Counted from the stretch's first letter, positions 47,615 through 57,732 are shown. The stretch is DNA of 64,000 bases from a virus (IMGVR_UViG_3300009130_001805:14878-78877), one strand, 5' to 3'. Translations and numbers: made by a program. The notes: generated by a model from the sequence alone, not told the origin.

Positions 47615-49965
47615 ATTACATTAATTACAGTGAATGCATTGTCACCCTGAACAATCGCCGAGTATTTGCCACTAAAGCCTCGATTTCGGTAAACAACAAT
47701 GTTAAAGGCACTAGAAATATTGACTCTACTCCTCATAGGCAAGTTATGTCTAGCCCTATACAAGGCAAAATGGATTTAGACTTTTACATCACAGATGAAT
47801 TTGAAGATCTAAACCCAATGAGAATTTCAAATTGTTCCGTGGAGGCGAACATAGTTAGAAACTCTAATTTTAGTAGCTCCAGACAAAACCCATTAATAAA
47901 CGAATACGAGCGGAGCTCTAAATACCCCAGAGGAAACTACGGAGAGTTTTCTTCAAATAACCAAATGCTTGCAGGATGGAATTTTAAAACTAGCCATAAG
48001 ACTATAGAGGTAAAAGTTGGACTTCCTGAATTCAAAGAGGGTGGGGCAAATTATCAGGGGCATGGAATAGGTAATGGCTCAGCATTGGTTATAATAAATA
48101 AAAGAGACAATCATCCCGATTGGGACAGCGAAAATAATTACGCCGAAAAAGATGTAGTAAAATTCGGCCAAAATTGGTGGAGAAGTTTATCTAACAATAA
48201 AAATTCAATGCCTCAATTAGGTTTAGATTGGGAAATTTACCCCAAAAACTGGGACTCTGATAGTGATTACAAACTCGGGGACATAGTATCCTATAACAGC
48301 ATTCACTGGAGAGCTAAAAGAGCAAGCAGAAACATAGATCCTGCAACTGGAGATTACTGGGAAAAGTATCACAGTTTACTCGGCGCTGGCGCAGCAGAAA
48401 TTTCTCAAAAGGATATTTTTGAAGTTGGGGAAAATTATATGGTAGAGATCATTGCCAAGTCTAAGATTGGCAAAATGAACACAGCCATCCGAGTAAACGA
48501 TGCGAATGAAGTGGGCATTTTGTCCGATCAATATCAGACTTATTTATTTGAAGTTACCGCCAGCAGTAAAGACTTAAGGTTTCAATTTAAAGGAGATGAT
48601 TTTTTTGGCCAGACAGTTTATATTGGGTCGGTTAAGGCTTACTTGAAGAAAGGCGATAGATTCCACGATGGATTTTCTGGATCTATTGGAGCCTTAACTT
48701 TTAGCGATGCCTACATGACTAAATTTTCTTTTTCGGCAAGGCCTTTTTCTCCCATTTTAGCTAGCGCATCATTCGATATATATGGGCCAGTATCAGGTCA
48801 ACCTTCTAGAGATAGCTTTTGCGAAGGGAATTCAAATTTTCATAATAATGGAATACTTAATGTAAATGACAATGAAGAAATTTTTGACTCTAATATTCCG
48901 CACTCCGCGAAGAGTTTATTTTATTCTCTTACTGATGTAGGCATATCAGACAGCCTTGAATTTTCATATAACCTTTCTATAGGCCGGAAAGCTAGTCATC
49001 AAATTGGAGATTTATTTCCCCGTACAGTTACCAGAGGAAGTAGTTCTGTCTCTATGACCCTCAGGGGAGAAGGCCTGAAAGACGCCTTATCGTTTAACGG
49101 CAATGACGCATCAATCTCAATCTCATTATTTGATATGTCTGGAAACAAAATTCAGTCGCCAAGCAAAGGTTTCTTGCTCGACTTTGACGCTTCTAGAGCT
49201 GAAAAATTAAAAGCTCTTATAAACGGTTCATACTCTTTTATTGATAGCGACGATTCTAAAACTTTTAATAGCGGAATTGCGTTCAAAGGTGAGTCGGCTA
49301 TTTTTTCCTCAGGAGACTCCATAAAGATAACAGATTCGGCTGCAGGAGATTTAGATCTAGCAATTTCTGGGGATTTAACATTGGAATGTCTATTTAAAAT
49401 TAATGATACCAACATCCCTTCAGGCTGGGTAAGAATTGTAGGTCGAGGAGGCAACGCAACAAGAACTTATGGTATCTGGTATCACTTCCCCCTTCAGACT
49501 TTTCTTTTTCAGCAGTATGGGCCAGACGGCCAGATAAATAGTTGGACAAATAGGCCAGACCACGGGCTTACCGTAGGCGACAGCTTGGCTCAAGACCCTT
49601 TAGACGGCTCTCACATACGAACAAATACTTGGTACCATTTAACAGCAGTAAGAAATGCGGCTCAAAACAATCTATACATCAATGGCAAGTTGGCTGCATC
49701 CTCTTCTAATGAAGGAATTACCCCTTGGACTAATTATGGAGTAGGAGAAGAGTTTACCTTAGGCCACAGTGGAATGCCCGGTGATTCGGGGCATGTAGGA
49801 GAAATTTCTACTTGCAGATTATATAATAGATCATTATCTGAACAAGAAATTAAAAAGAATTTTACAAACTTTTCATGTGATGGAAAAATTATTAGTCAAG
49901 ACCTTTCCGTTTCTGCTGGAGATGTCCTTCAGGGCTCAATAACAGTTGAAGAAGAATTGATATAA
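47611..49965 (+). CDS. Tube-fold tail protein with CBM5/12-like repeats and a LamG domain
   Basis: WDSENNYAEKDVVKF..WWRS and WDSDSDYKLGDIVSY..HWRA; LamG TLECLFK..WYHLTAV..LYING..RLYNRSLS; ATGA overlap with the upstream stop. Confidence 0.65.
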   Translation: MNYINYSECIVTLNNRRVFATKASISVNNNVKGTRNIDSTPHRQVMSSPIQGKMDLDFYITDEFEDLNPMRISNCSVEANIVRNSNFSSSRQNPLINEYERSSKYPRGNYGEFSSNNQMLAGWNFKTSHKTIEVKVGLPEFKEGGANYQGHGIGNGSALVIINKRDNHPDWDSENNYAEKDVVKFGQNWWRSLSNNKNSMPQLGLDWEIYPKNWDSDSDYKLGDIVSYNSIHWRAKRASRNIDPATGDYWEKYHSLLGAGAAEISQKDIFEVGENYMVEIIAKSKIGKMNTAIRVNDANEVGILSDQYQTYLFEVTASSKDLRFQFKGDDFFGQTVYIGSVKAYLKKGDRFHDGFSGSIGALTFSDAYMTKFSFSARPFSPILASASFDIYGPVSGQPSRDSFCEGNSNFHNNGILNVNDNEEIFDSNIPHSAKSLFYSLTDVGISDSLEFSYNLSIGRKASHQIGDLFPRTVTRGSSSVSMTLRGEGLKDALSFNGNDASISISLFDMSGNKIQSPSKGFLLDFDASRAEKLKALINGSYSFIDSDDSKTFNSGIAFKGESAIFSSGDSIKITDSAAGDLDLAISGDLTLECLFKINDTNIPSGWVRIVGRGGNATRTYGIWYHFPLQTFLFQQYGPDGQINSWTNRPDHGLTVGDSLAQDPLDGSHIRTNTWYHLTAVRNAAQNNLYINGKLAASSSNEGITPWTNYGVGEEFTLGHSGMPGDSGHVGEISTCRLYNRSLSEQEIKKNFTNFSCDGKIISQDLSVSAGDVLQGSITVEEELI

Positions 49966-52900
49966 TGAGTTATAGCACTACAGATTCGAATATAAATATT
50001 TCTACTGCAAACTGGGCAGAGGGGATGAGTTATAAAAAATATGATATAATAAATGGGTCAAATACATCTATTTTTAGTAGTGCCTCAAATGAGCTCTTCG
50101 TTTCTTCTGATAACTTTACTGTGACAGATTCATACGCTCGGATACACTCGGGTGTGCCCAAAGTCATAGGGTATAGTAAGCCTTTTTTAATGAAAGACTT
50201 ATCTACTGGTTACTGTCTTTCATTTTCTACTTGGTCAACAACTCCAAACAGCGCATTGGGTCAACCTTTGGTTCAAGACGGCAGACCCTCTAATCTTCCA
50301 GACCCTTCAACTTGCCAATCAATAAAAGTAGAACTTGAGATACTCAGTTTCAGTCAGACGTCCATACAGCCAAATATTGAAAAAAATATATCAATTTTAA
50401 TAAACGAATATGCAAAAACTCCTGCCCGAGATGCTTCTAGCGCAATAAAAGTTAGTCAGGTTTTTACTGCAGAATACTTTCAGCCAAACTCAAGAGTCTA
50501 CAATGATTCATATCATGAAACTGGAGGGATTTTTGGAAGAATTAAAATAACCAAATCGTTCTCCCCAGATGGTTCCGTTGCAAATTATTACTTCGACAAC
50601 TTTTCTCTCTCTCAGCTTGATGAGCACGAAAATGATCTATACTTTTACTCTATGGAGGAGCATGTGTCTGACTCTAGCAATTCCCCGTTTTTTCATATGG
50701 CAGGAAGCGGGCTTAATCGCGACTCTTTTTTCGATATTCAGCCTGACAGCTCTATAGGCGGCCAAAAAATTTCGATACTAGACTCATCGAACTGGAATAC
50801 AATTGGCAATCCTGACTTTAAAACTTTGTATGACGGAAGATCGATTTGCTTAATGAATGCAACAAGCAACAACCCTTGCTCAATATATTCTAAAATGGAA
50901 AATCTTGTTGTTGGTCAAGAGTACCGAGTAGATCTATCTTTAAACCCCGTAAGGGAATCTAAAAAATCTTATTCTAACTGGTCTGTTGGAGAACCAAATG
51001 ATTGGGGAGGGGGCCAAGATTTTGCTTATATTGTAAAAAAATCCGGGTTTAATGCTGGGGTTTGGGATGACAAAAATGCCACTGAATTTTCTGAGACTAC
51101 GGATTTAGATAGAAAAAAAGCTACTGGGTTCATTGTTCAGCATGGAGGCCCTTATTCTTCTAACTATGAAGCTGTTATTTTTCAAAGCTCAGATGAGAGG
51201 TCATGGGCTAATGCTAGAAGTTTAGCTAGATCAAACAGCTATACGTCAGATCTGGCTGTAGTTTTAGTTCCGGAGCAGCAAACTGCATTTGAAAGTCTTG
51301 TTAGTACTTTAAATACAGATTATGATGAATTTTACTTTTGGATTGGGTTAACAGATACGGCTACAGACATAACAAAAGGTTTTTGCGAAGAAGGGGTAAC
51401 TATCAGTCCATCTGGATCATGGATGTGGATTGAAGGAACCCCTCACTCCTCTTCTATAGGATTATCTAGAGATGCAGAAAAATTTTCCAATTCTCCATAC
51501 GGCGCAAATATAAAAATTTACGGAGAAAATTATGTCGAATCTGACCCTGCAACCTATGTCGTACATCACGAAGGCCTTAAGCCCGGAGATTTCACTTTTC
51601 ATTTTACTGCAGAAAGTGAACACTTAAACATCTCCATAGAGTCTATACAACCACCGTCTAAAGCAGGAATATTTGAGGAAAATAATGCGTCTTTACTCGG
51701 AATTTCTCCTTCTACGGTCTTTGGCGATGACGTTTCTATTGAAAATTGCATTCGACTAAATCATATTATAGTTAGCAAGGAGATGTCCCTATGGACTCGA
51801 CACTTTACCCCGAACCCATCATATGGTTCAAGCATTAGATTAAAAGCTAATAATTCTGAATTAATTTTTGGAGATGGATATAGCGAGATTAGGCCTAAAA
51901 ATCTCAATTCCGTATTAATGGAGGCAGAACTTAGCTTCGAAAATAGAAATAACTTAGAAACAAAAGCTATAATTCATTTTTTGGAAAATACTCAGGGGTA
52001 TAAAAAATTAAAATACCGTGCGCCTGCGCCATTCAACAAGCTTCAATCCTTTACTTGTGATTCCTTTAGTCACACTTATAACGACTATGATGACAACTCT
52101 CTTTCTGTTAGGCTTGTTAAAGATGATGGATTTATATTAAACAGATTCAATGACTTTTTAATGCCCCACCCGGGAGACTGGAAAGACTCAAGTAGTTATT
52201 TTGAAAATGATATAGTTATTCATCAGAGCAAAAGCGCTGACGGCTCCATAAGTTCCCCAACGACCAGAGCGTTCTTTTACGCTTTTTCTGAAAGCAAAAA
52301 TAATGACCCTTTGTTTTCAAGCACAACTTGGACTAAAAATCATTTTTTCTGGGTTCCATCTCAAAATAATACTTTTAACAGGGAGTCGAGAAAGCATAGC
52401 ATATCTATGGAGAATGATTTCGTTGGAAGGTCTAGCGACGGAACATTCCCAAACCTTTTAGAGCTTGATCTAGTCTTTGATGCTCGCACTGACTTTGAGG
52501 CTAGAGCTATTATGCATTTTCTTACAAATAAAATGGGTCACATTCCATTTTTATTTAACTTGCCAGAACCTTATAGCAACTTAAAGACCGAGCCATTAAG
52601 GGATTCTCTTGGTAGGGTTCCTAAAATATCAGGCGCCGCAGGCGAAGTTTCAGTAAAAGGCTCTGAGACTACACTGCTTCTTGAAAATCCTTTAATGACT
52701 CCTTCAGGTTCCGCAAACCCCGGGCATGAGCTTTTATTAAAAAATCAAGTTATAACCATACCTAGCTTGCCTTCCAATAAAAATAAATTTTATATATCTA
52801 AGCCTGCGCAAATAAACGGCGCCACTCAACTAACTGTCCACAACCCATTCTACTCGGTGGAGAACATTGGAGGCAGAGAGATAAATATCCATGTTCAACA

Positions 52901-53072
52901 GAAAGCTTTTTATTGCGATCAGTGGTCAATGAATTACAAATCTTTTAATAATAATTCCGTCAGAGCTGTTTTTAAAGAAATAGCTATTGCTCCTACTCTC
53001 GTATCTGAATTTATCGACATAACAATTGGTGACGATGAGACGAATCAATATATAGATCTTTCCTCTTATTAA
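49965..53072 (+). CDS. Lambda gpM-like minor tail protein, tandemly duplicated, with lectin inserts
   Basis: FGDGYSEI.PKNLNS...L.FENR..KAIIHFLE...G, repeated as L.FDAR..RAIMHFL...G; C-type lectin motifs. Confidence 0.75.
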   Translation: MSYSTTDSNINISTANWAEGMSYKKYDIINGSNTSIFSSASNELFVSSDNFTVTDSYARIHSGVPKVIGYSKPFLMKDLSTGYCLSFSTWSTTPNSALGQPLVQDGRPSNLPDPSTCQSIKVELEILSFSQTSIQPNIEKNISILINEYAKTPARDASSAIKVSQVFTAEYFQPNSRVYNDSYHETGGIFGRIKITKSFSPDGSVANYYFDNFSLSQLDEHENDLYFYSMEEHVSDSSNSPFFHMAGSGLNRDSFFDIQPDSSIGGQKISILDSSNWNTIGNPDFKTLYDGRSICLMNATSNNPCSIYSKMENLVVGQEYRVDLSLNPVRESKKSYSNWSVGEPNDWGGGQDFAYIVKKSGFNAGVWDDKNATEFSETTDLDRKKATGFIVQHGGPYSSNYEAVIFQSSDERSWANARSLARSNSYTSDLAVVLVPEQQTAFESLVSTLNTDYDEFYFWIGLTDTATDITKGFCEEGVTISPSGSWMWIEGTPHSSSIGLSRDAEKFSNSPYGANIKIYGENYVESDPATYVVHHEGLKPGDFTFHFTAESEHLNISIESIQPPSKAGIFEENNASLLGISPSTVFGDDVSIENCIRLNHIIVSKEMSLWTRHFTPNPSYGSSIRLKANNSELIFGDGYSEIRPKNLNSVLMEAELSFENRNNLETKAIIHFLENTQGYKKLKYRAPAPFNKLQSFTCDSFSHTYNDYDDNSLSVRLVKDDGFILNRFNDFLMPHPGDWKDSSSYFENDIVIHQSKSADGSISSPTTRAFFYAFSESKNNDPLFSSTTWTKNHFFWVPSQNNTFNRESRKHSISMENDFVGRSSDGTFPNLLELDLVFDARTDFEARAIMHFLTNKMGHIPFLFNLPEPYSNLKTEPLRDSLGRVPKISGAAGEVSVKGSETTLLLENPLMTPSGSANPGHELLLKNQVITIPSLPSNKNKFYISKPAQINGATQLTVHNPFYSVENIGGREINIHVQQKAFYCDQWSMNYKSFNNNSVRAVFKEIAIAPTLVSEFIDITIGDDETNQYIDLSSY

Positions 53073-53085
53073 TTTATTATAATGT

Positions 53086-55821
53086 ATGGCGAATGTAAGA
53101 AAATCAAAAGGCTATATCGACACTGTTGATTTTGGCAGTGTTACCTTTGGCTATGAATTTTCTGGCACGATTCCACTTAATAATTCTTCTAATATCCCAT
53201 TAAAGCTAACTGCATTAATAGAAGGCGATGATTCAAGTTTTTTTTCAATAGAAGGAGAGCAGGTATTTCAGTTTTTTATTCCGGCGAGATCGACTTATAA
53301 CCTACCAATATCTTTTCTACCAAATTCAGCAAGATCATTTTCTGCGACAGTTAAATGTTCATTCAATAATTCAACTGTAAAAATTAACGGAGCGGACTTT
53401 CATTATATAGAATTAAAAGGTCAGGGCGCTGCAACCGCTCCGAACAAACCGTCTTTCACACTAAAGCCAGATGAATACCCTTTTGACTCTAGAAATATAA
53501 TTACAAATATAACCCTTCGCCCAGATGTAGACAGGTATGAGATTTATTACTCTTTAACTCCAAGTTCGACACTTATAAAGGCAGAAGGTTACAATGGAAC
53601 TTCAAGTGAATTTACTTTTTTAGGTTTGGATTTTGATACACAATACCATATCCTAGTGAGGGCGATTAATATCCATGGCTCTACAGACTCAGATAGAGTT
53701 ATGATTAGAACTAAAATTCACACTTTAAATATAGAAATAGGAGGTATCGTCCCAAATTTAAATGTCTACGAGAAAGTGCTCGGCCAAGGCAGTGATATTT
53801 ATTACTATAATGACGTAGCTCTTTCAATATTACAGTCCTCTATTATTTACTGCGACAAGTGCAACACCGCAGATGAGCGTGCATTTAACAAAGGTTTGCC
53901 ATATAGATTCGAAACAACCTACACGCCTTCCATGCCTGATAATCCATCTTTCTCTCAGGCCAAGCCAGCTTTATCAACAGGCCCAAAAATAATGGATCAA
54001 ACAAGGCATCTTCCCCTTAAGATTGATATTTACGGCCAAGTTCTTGGCTCTGGAGGAGTTGGGGGAAACGGAGGCGGTCAGAACATTATTAATTCTACAT
54101 ATATTACTCCGCCCAATTTAGTTCGGACAGAAGGCCTTTCATCGTCTTTTGATTCTACTGGCAAAAAGCCGGGTATTACAGGCCCACAATTTCTAGAAGG
54201 CGGAGATGCTATTAGCATAGAATATGATTGCGAACTTAATATTCACTCCACAGGTAAAGTCAAGGGCGGTGGAGGTGGAGGCTATGGAGGAGGTCCTTCT
54301 TTTCACACTGGTTATGGTGGGGCATCTGATAACGGAAGTGTCGGCTATGGAGACGGCGCAATGGCACTTGATGTTGCCTCAGCTAACATATCAAGTGCAA
54401 TAAATGGACAATTTACCCCAACTCATTACCACGGCAGAAGAGGAGACGCTCAAAATACAGATATGCTAAACTGGATTAACAATGGAAATCTTTCATCAAA
54501 AAGTATTGACTCTGCTTGGCATTTAATTGATCATGGGGCTCAAAGAGTGGCAGATGATGACAGCCCACCAAACAAAGATCATATAGATTTCTTTCACCGC
54601 ACTGCAACTTCTTGGCCTTCCGTCTGGAGAGGTGGTACAGCTTTGGGCTCTACAAACCCAGATGGCAGTACACCCGCTAGGTCAAGTATATTCCTAGGTG
54701 GAGGTGGCGGGGGAGGAGGCCAAGGCTTTGCTGCAGGAAAAGGCGGCAAGGCTGGCAGCTGCTCCCTTTCTAGACAACGAAGCCATCAAACCGGAAGCGA
54801 GGGTGGTAATGTCGCATATGGGCATACAGGCCAAGTTCTGCAGGGCTCAATGCAATTCCAAAAAGGAGACAACGCAACAAAAGATGTGCCCGGCGGGCCG
54901 AGCCAACATTACAAAAGTGCATTATATCGCATTCAAAGCGAAGGAATGAGCGCAGATGCATTAAGGGCAAAAGGCCCATATCCCTCTGAGGATGGAGAAA
55001 GACAAAGATTTGGCCAAGGGCTTTGGTCTTTTTTCGTATATGTTCATGTAAAAAAACGCAGATGGCGAAGAAGGGTTCGCACCCGCTCTCACTTTAATAC
55101 TGGCAGGGCTATAATGGACATTAGGGGCGGAGCTGGAGGTTCCTATGGATTGTATGGAGAAGAGAGGCCTGCAGATTCTTTCTTTTGCTCTGGCGGAACT
55201 TCGAACATGAATAAATTAGGTGCCAATAATGCATACCGAGATACAAGAAATTTGGGTAAAGACAACTTTTTTAGAGGTTATATAAAAACCGATATTTCTG
55301 TGGATGATGTTATGGCATCTAACCCCCTTATTTCAAGAGCAGACGTCTGGAATATTTTTAACTTTAAATATCTTGGTTCTGATATTATAGCACTTTATGC
55401 TTTTGGTTCGGAACTTTCTATTGACGTTGGAAGCACTTTTGCCCATAGTTTCTCCACATCTTTTTCTACCGCAATTTTCATGGATAAAAACGCATCCAGT
55501 CCGGGCTATTGGAATCAGCCCAGTATAATTAAAAAACCTACATCAAAGCTTTCGAGCCCTTGTCGACTTCAGTTTCCCAGCGGGACATTTTCTTCTTATT
55601 CCGTGAATGATACAGGAATAATAGGAACTGTAAAACCTCACGGATTCCCCGGGAAGGCAATAGTCTTAAATGGCAATAATGTATCAGGAACCGGCTGGAC
55701 CATAGGATGTCACAATGATGATCGAATTGCTGGTCTGGTAGTACCCGGCAGGGTTCCTAGATTAAATAAAAGAACCGTTTCGAACAAAGTTTACAACAGA
55801 GAATACAGGAGCTTCTTCTAA
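53086..55821 (+). CDS. Virion/tail protein with Ig-like (ASH), FN3 and Gly-rich regions
   Basis: DFGSV...N.S..PL...F.P; FLGLDFDTQYHILVRAIN..G; GGGGG runs. Confidence 0.65.
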   Translation: MANVRKSKGYIDTVDFGSVTFGYEFSGTIPLNNSSNIPLKLTALIEGDDSSFFSIEGEQVFQFFIPARSTYNLPISFLPNSARSFSATVKCSFNNSTVKINGADFHYIELKGQGAATAPNKPSFTLKPDEYPFDSRNIITNITLRPDVDRYEIYYSLTPSSTLIKAEGYNGTSSEFTFLGLDFDTQYHILVRAINIHGSTDSDRVMIRTKIHTLNIEIGGIVPNLNVYEKVLGQGSDIYYYNDVALSILQSSIIYCDKCNTADERAFNKGLPYRFETTYTPSMPDNPSFSQAKPALSTGPKIMDQTRHLPLKIDIYGQVLGSGGVGGNGGGQNIINSTYITPPNLVRTEGLSSSFDSTGKKPGITGPQFLEGGDAISIEYDCELNIHSTGKVKGGGGGGYGGGPSFHTGYGGASDNGSVGYGDGAMALDVASANISSAINGQFTPTHYHGRRGDAQNTDMLNWINNGNLSSKSIDSAWHLIDHGAQRVADDDSPPNKDHIDFFHRTATSWPSVWRGGTALGSTNPDGSTPARSSIFLGGGGGGGGQGFAAGKGGKAGSCSLSRQRSHQTGSEGGNVAYGHTGQVLQGSMQFQKGDNATKDVPGGPSQHYKSALYRIQSEGMSADALRAKGPYPSEDGERQRFGQGLWSFFVYVHVKKRRWRRRVRTRSHFNTGRAIMDIRGGAGGSYGLYGEERPADSFFCSGGTSNMNKLGANNAYRDTRNLGKDNFFRGYIKTDISVDDVMASNPLISRADVWNIFNFKYLGSDIIALYAFGSELSIDVGSTFAHSFSTSFSTAIFMDKNASSPGYWNQPSIIKKPTSKLSSPCRLQFPSGTFSSYSVNDTGIIGTVKPHGFPGKAIVLNGNNVSGTGWTIGCHNDDRIAGLVVPGRVPRLNKRTVSNKVYNREYRSFF

Positions 55822-56927
55822 TGGCAGAGACATTTTCAGCAGAAACATTAAAAATTAACGCATCGCTTTTTGACTTTAATCCGGATACGCTTGTGGAGTT
55901 TTATGAGGTTAGAGTGAAAAGAACAGACACCATAAACCAGATAGACACATTCCGCTTTCACGCCGGAATCAATCAAGAAGGAGTAAATAAAGAAGGCGGA
56001 GAAAAGGTATATGGAGTTAAATGGCAAGGGAATGTATACATTTCAGTTCCACTAGAAACGGAATCTTTTGAGGCGAGAGGTGATGGCAGGCTACCTAGGC
56101 CACTAATAAGATTTGCGAACATAGAAGGTTTTTTCTCTGCGGCAGCAAGAGAATATGGAGACTTTGTAGGAGCTAAGGTAATACGCAAAAGAACTTTCGC
56201 AAAATATCTAGATTCAGAAAACTGGCCAAAGGTTGACGGCAAGCATATGAATCCATTATCTGCGACAGGAGAGGGAGATCCCAATTCACATCTTCCAGAT
56301 GATATGTTTTTTGTAAACAGAAAACTTTCTGAGAATAAAAATCTTTTAGAATATGAACTAGTTTCACTACTTGAGCTTGAGGGAGTTTACCTTCCTGCAA
56401 GAATCGTGCTTTCTAATTATTGCTCTTGGGTATATCGCAGCCCTGAGTGCGGCTACGGTCACAACCACTCTTCTCGGGTTAAGCAAGTCCGATCCGGACT
56501 TCCTGTTGCAGACAGAGAAGATAACTTACTTGCAGAAGCTTGGGCTCAAATAGGCACTAACGATCAAAGAAGGTCTTTTGCCTCTGAAACTTCTCAGCTG
56601 TGGAGGTCTGGTAGAAATTATAAGAAGAACGATTTTATTTTTCTAACCTCGGGCAAAAGACTAGATAGAAGAGATGACCCAACGCAGACCTCGTATTTAC
56701 TTCGCATGTTTTATGTCTGCAAAGAAGATCATGTGGCCAGCTTAGAAACGCACCCCTTTTACAATAAAGAACTTTGGGTTCAAGACCAATGTTCTAAAAC
56801 AGTGCATGGCTGCAAGCTTAGGCATGACCCAAAAAATACCAACGAAAATCCTGACCATAGAGATGAATCTAATAGACCTCCGTTGCCTTTTGGCGGCTTC
56901 CCGTCTACAGACAGGTACAGTTTCTAA
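55821..56927 (+). CDS. Lambda gpL-like tail tip protein
   Basis: LPRPLIRFAN, GAKVIRKRTFAKYLD, four Cys (CSWVYRSPECGY ... CSKTVHGC), PFGGFP. Confidence 0.9.
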   Translation: MAETFSAETLKINASLFDFNPDTLVEFYEVRVKRTDTINQIDTFRFHAGINQEGVNKEGGEKVYGVKWQGNVYISVPLETESFEARGDGRLPRPLIRFANIEGFFSAAAREYGDFVGAKVIRKRTFAKYLDSENWPKVDGKHMNPLSATGEGDPNSHLPDDMFFVNRKLSENKNLLEYELVSLLELEGVYLPARIVLSNYCSWVYRSPECGYGHNHSSRVKQVRSGLPVADREDNLLAEAWAQIGTNDQRRSFASETSQLWRSGRNYKKNDFIFLTSGKRLDRRDDPTQTSYLLRMFYVCKEDHVASLETHPFYNKELWVQDQCSKTVHGCKLRHDPKNTNENPDHRDESNRPPLPFGGFPSTDRYSF

Positions 56928-57724
56928 TGAGAAAAGAACTAAAAAAAGAGATTATTTTTCATGCCAAAGAGTCTCCCAATGAGGAGGTTTGCGGGCTTAT
57001 CGTTCAAAGAGATTTAATTAATTTTTCTTTAGTTAGATGCAAAAACATTCACCCTAACCCAAGAGAATGTTTTACTATAAATCCAGAAGAAATCATACGG
57101 CATAATAGTTATGGCAAAGTGGTTGCTATTTATCACTCACATCCAACTACTAAAGCAAATCCCTCGCCATACGATGTGGCAAATTGCGAAGAGATTGGAA
57201 TACCTTATTATATATACAGCGTAAAATATGATTCTTTTTATTGTGACATCCCTATGTCTTTTAAGCCAGATCCTCTTTTTGACAGAGTGTATCTGGAAGA
57301 TATTTATAATTGTTTAACATTCATAAAAGATTACTATATTCAAGAAACTAGCTGGCTTCCTTCTTATGAAGCGAGATTAGAAAAAAAAGAAAAGTGGTCA
57401 GAAGATGCAAACTTTCAAAAACATGGCTTCCTAGAAAGAGACGACAAGAGAGCTTCTTCAGAGCTTGTAGTCAAATGGATTGAGGAAAATGACTTTTTTG
57501 ATACAGGGAGCCAGACATTACAAGAAATAAAAGATGGGACATTAAAGCGTCATGACCTACTGATATTTAACTTCTTTGAAAGCTCTTTTTATCATTTTGG
57601 AGTATATACTGGCAATGGAGAATTTGTACATCATCCAATTTTTCAGCTACCGCAGAAGTCTTGTTATGAAAGATATCAGAAACAAGTGTATAAAACATAT
57701 AGAATAGTGGATTCTAAGGTATAA
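56927..57724 (+). CDS. Lambda gpK-like JAB/MPN plus NlpC/P60 protein
   Basis: EEVCG, YHSHP...PS..D; NCLTFIKDYY, HFGVYTGNGEFVHH. Confidence 0.92.
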   Translation: MRKELKKEIIFHAKESPNEEVCGLIVQRDLINFSLVRCKNIHPNPRECFTINPEEIIRHNSYGKVVAIYHSHPTTKANPSPYDVANCEEIGIPYYIYSVKYDSFYCDIPMSFKPDPLFDRVYLEDIYNCLTFIKDYYIQETSWLPSYEARLEKKEKWSEDANFQKHGFLERDDKRASSELVVKWIEENDFFDTGSQTLQEIKDGTLKRHDLLIFNFFESSFYHFGVYTGNGEFVHHPIFQLPQKSCYERYQKQVYKTYRIVDSKV

Positions 57725-57732
57725 GGATAGTA

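Noticed and set aside
50970-51440. Diversity-generating retroelement target
   Set aside because: No reverse transcriptase and no adenine-variant TR/VR repeat pair seen in the window; the lectin is internal
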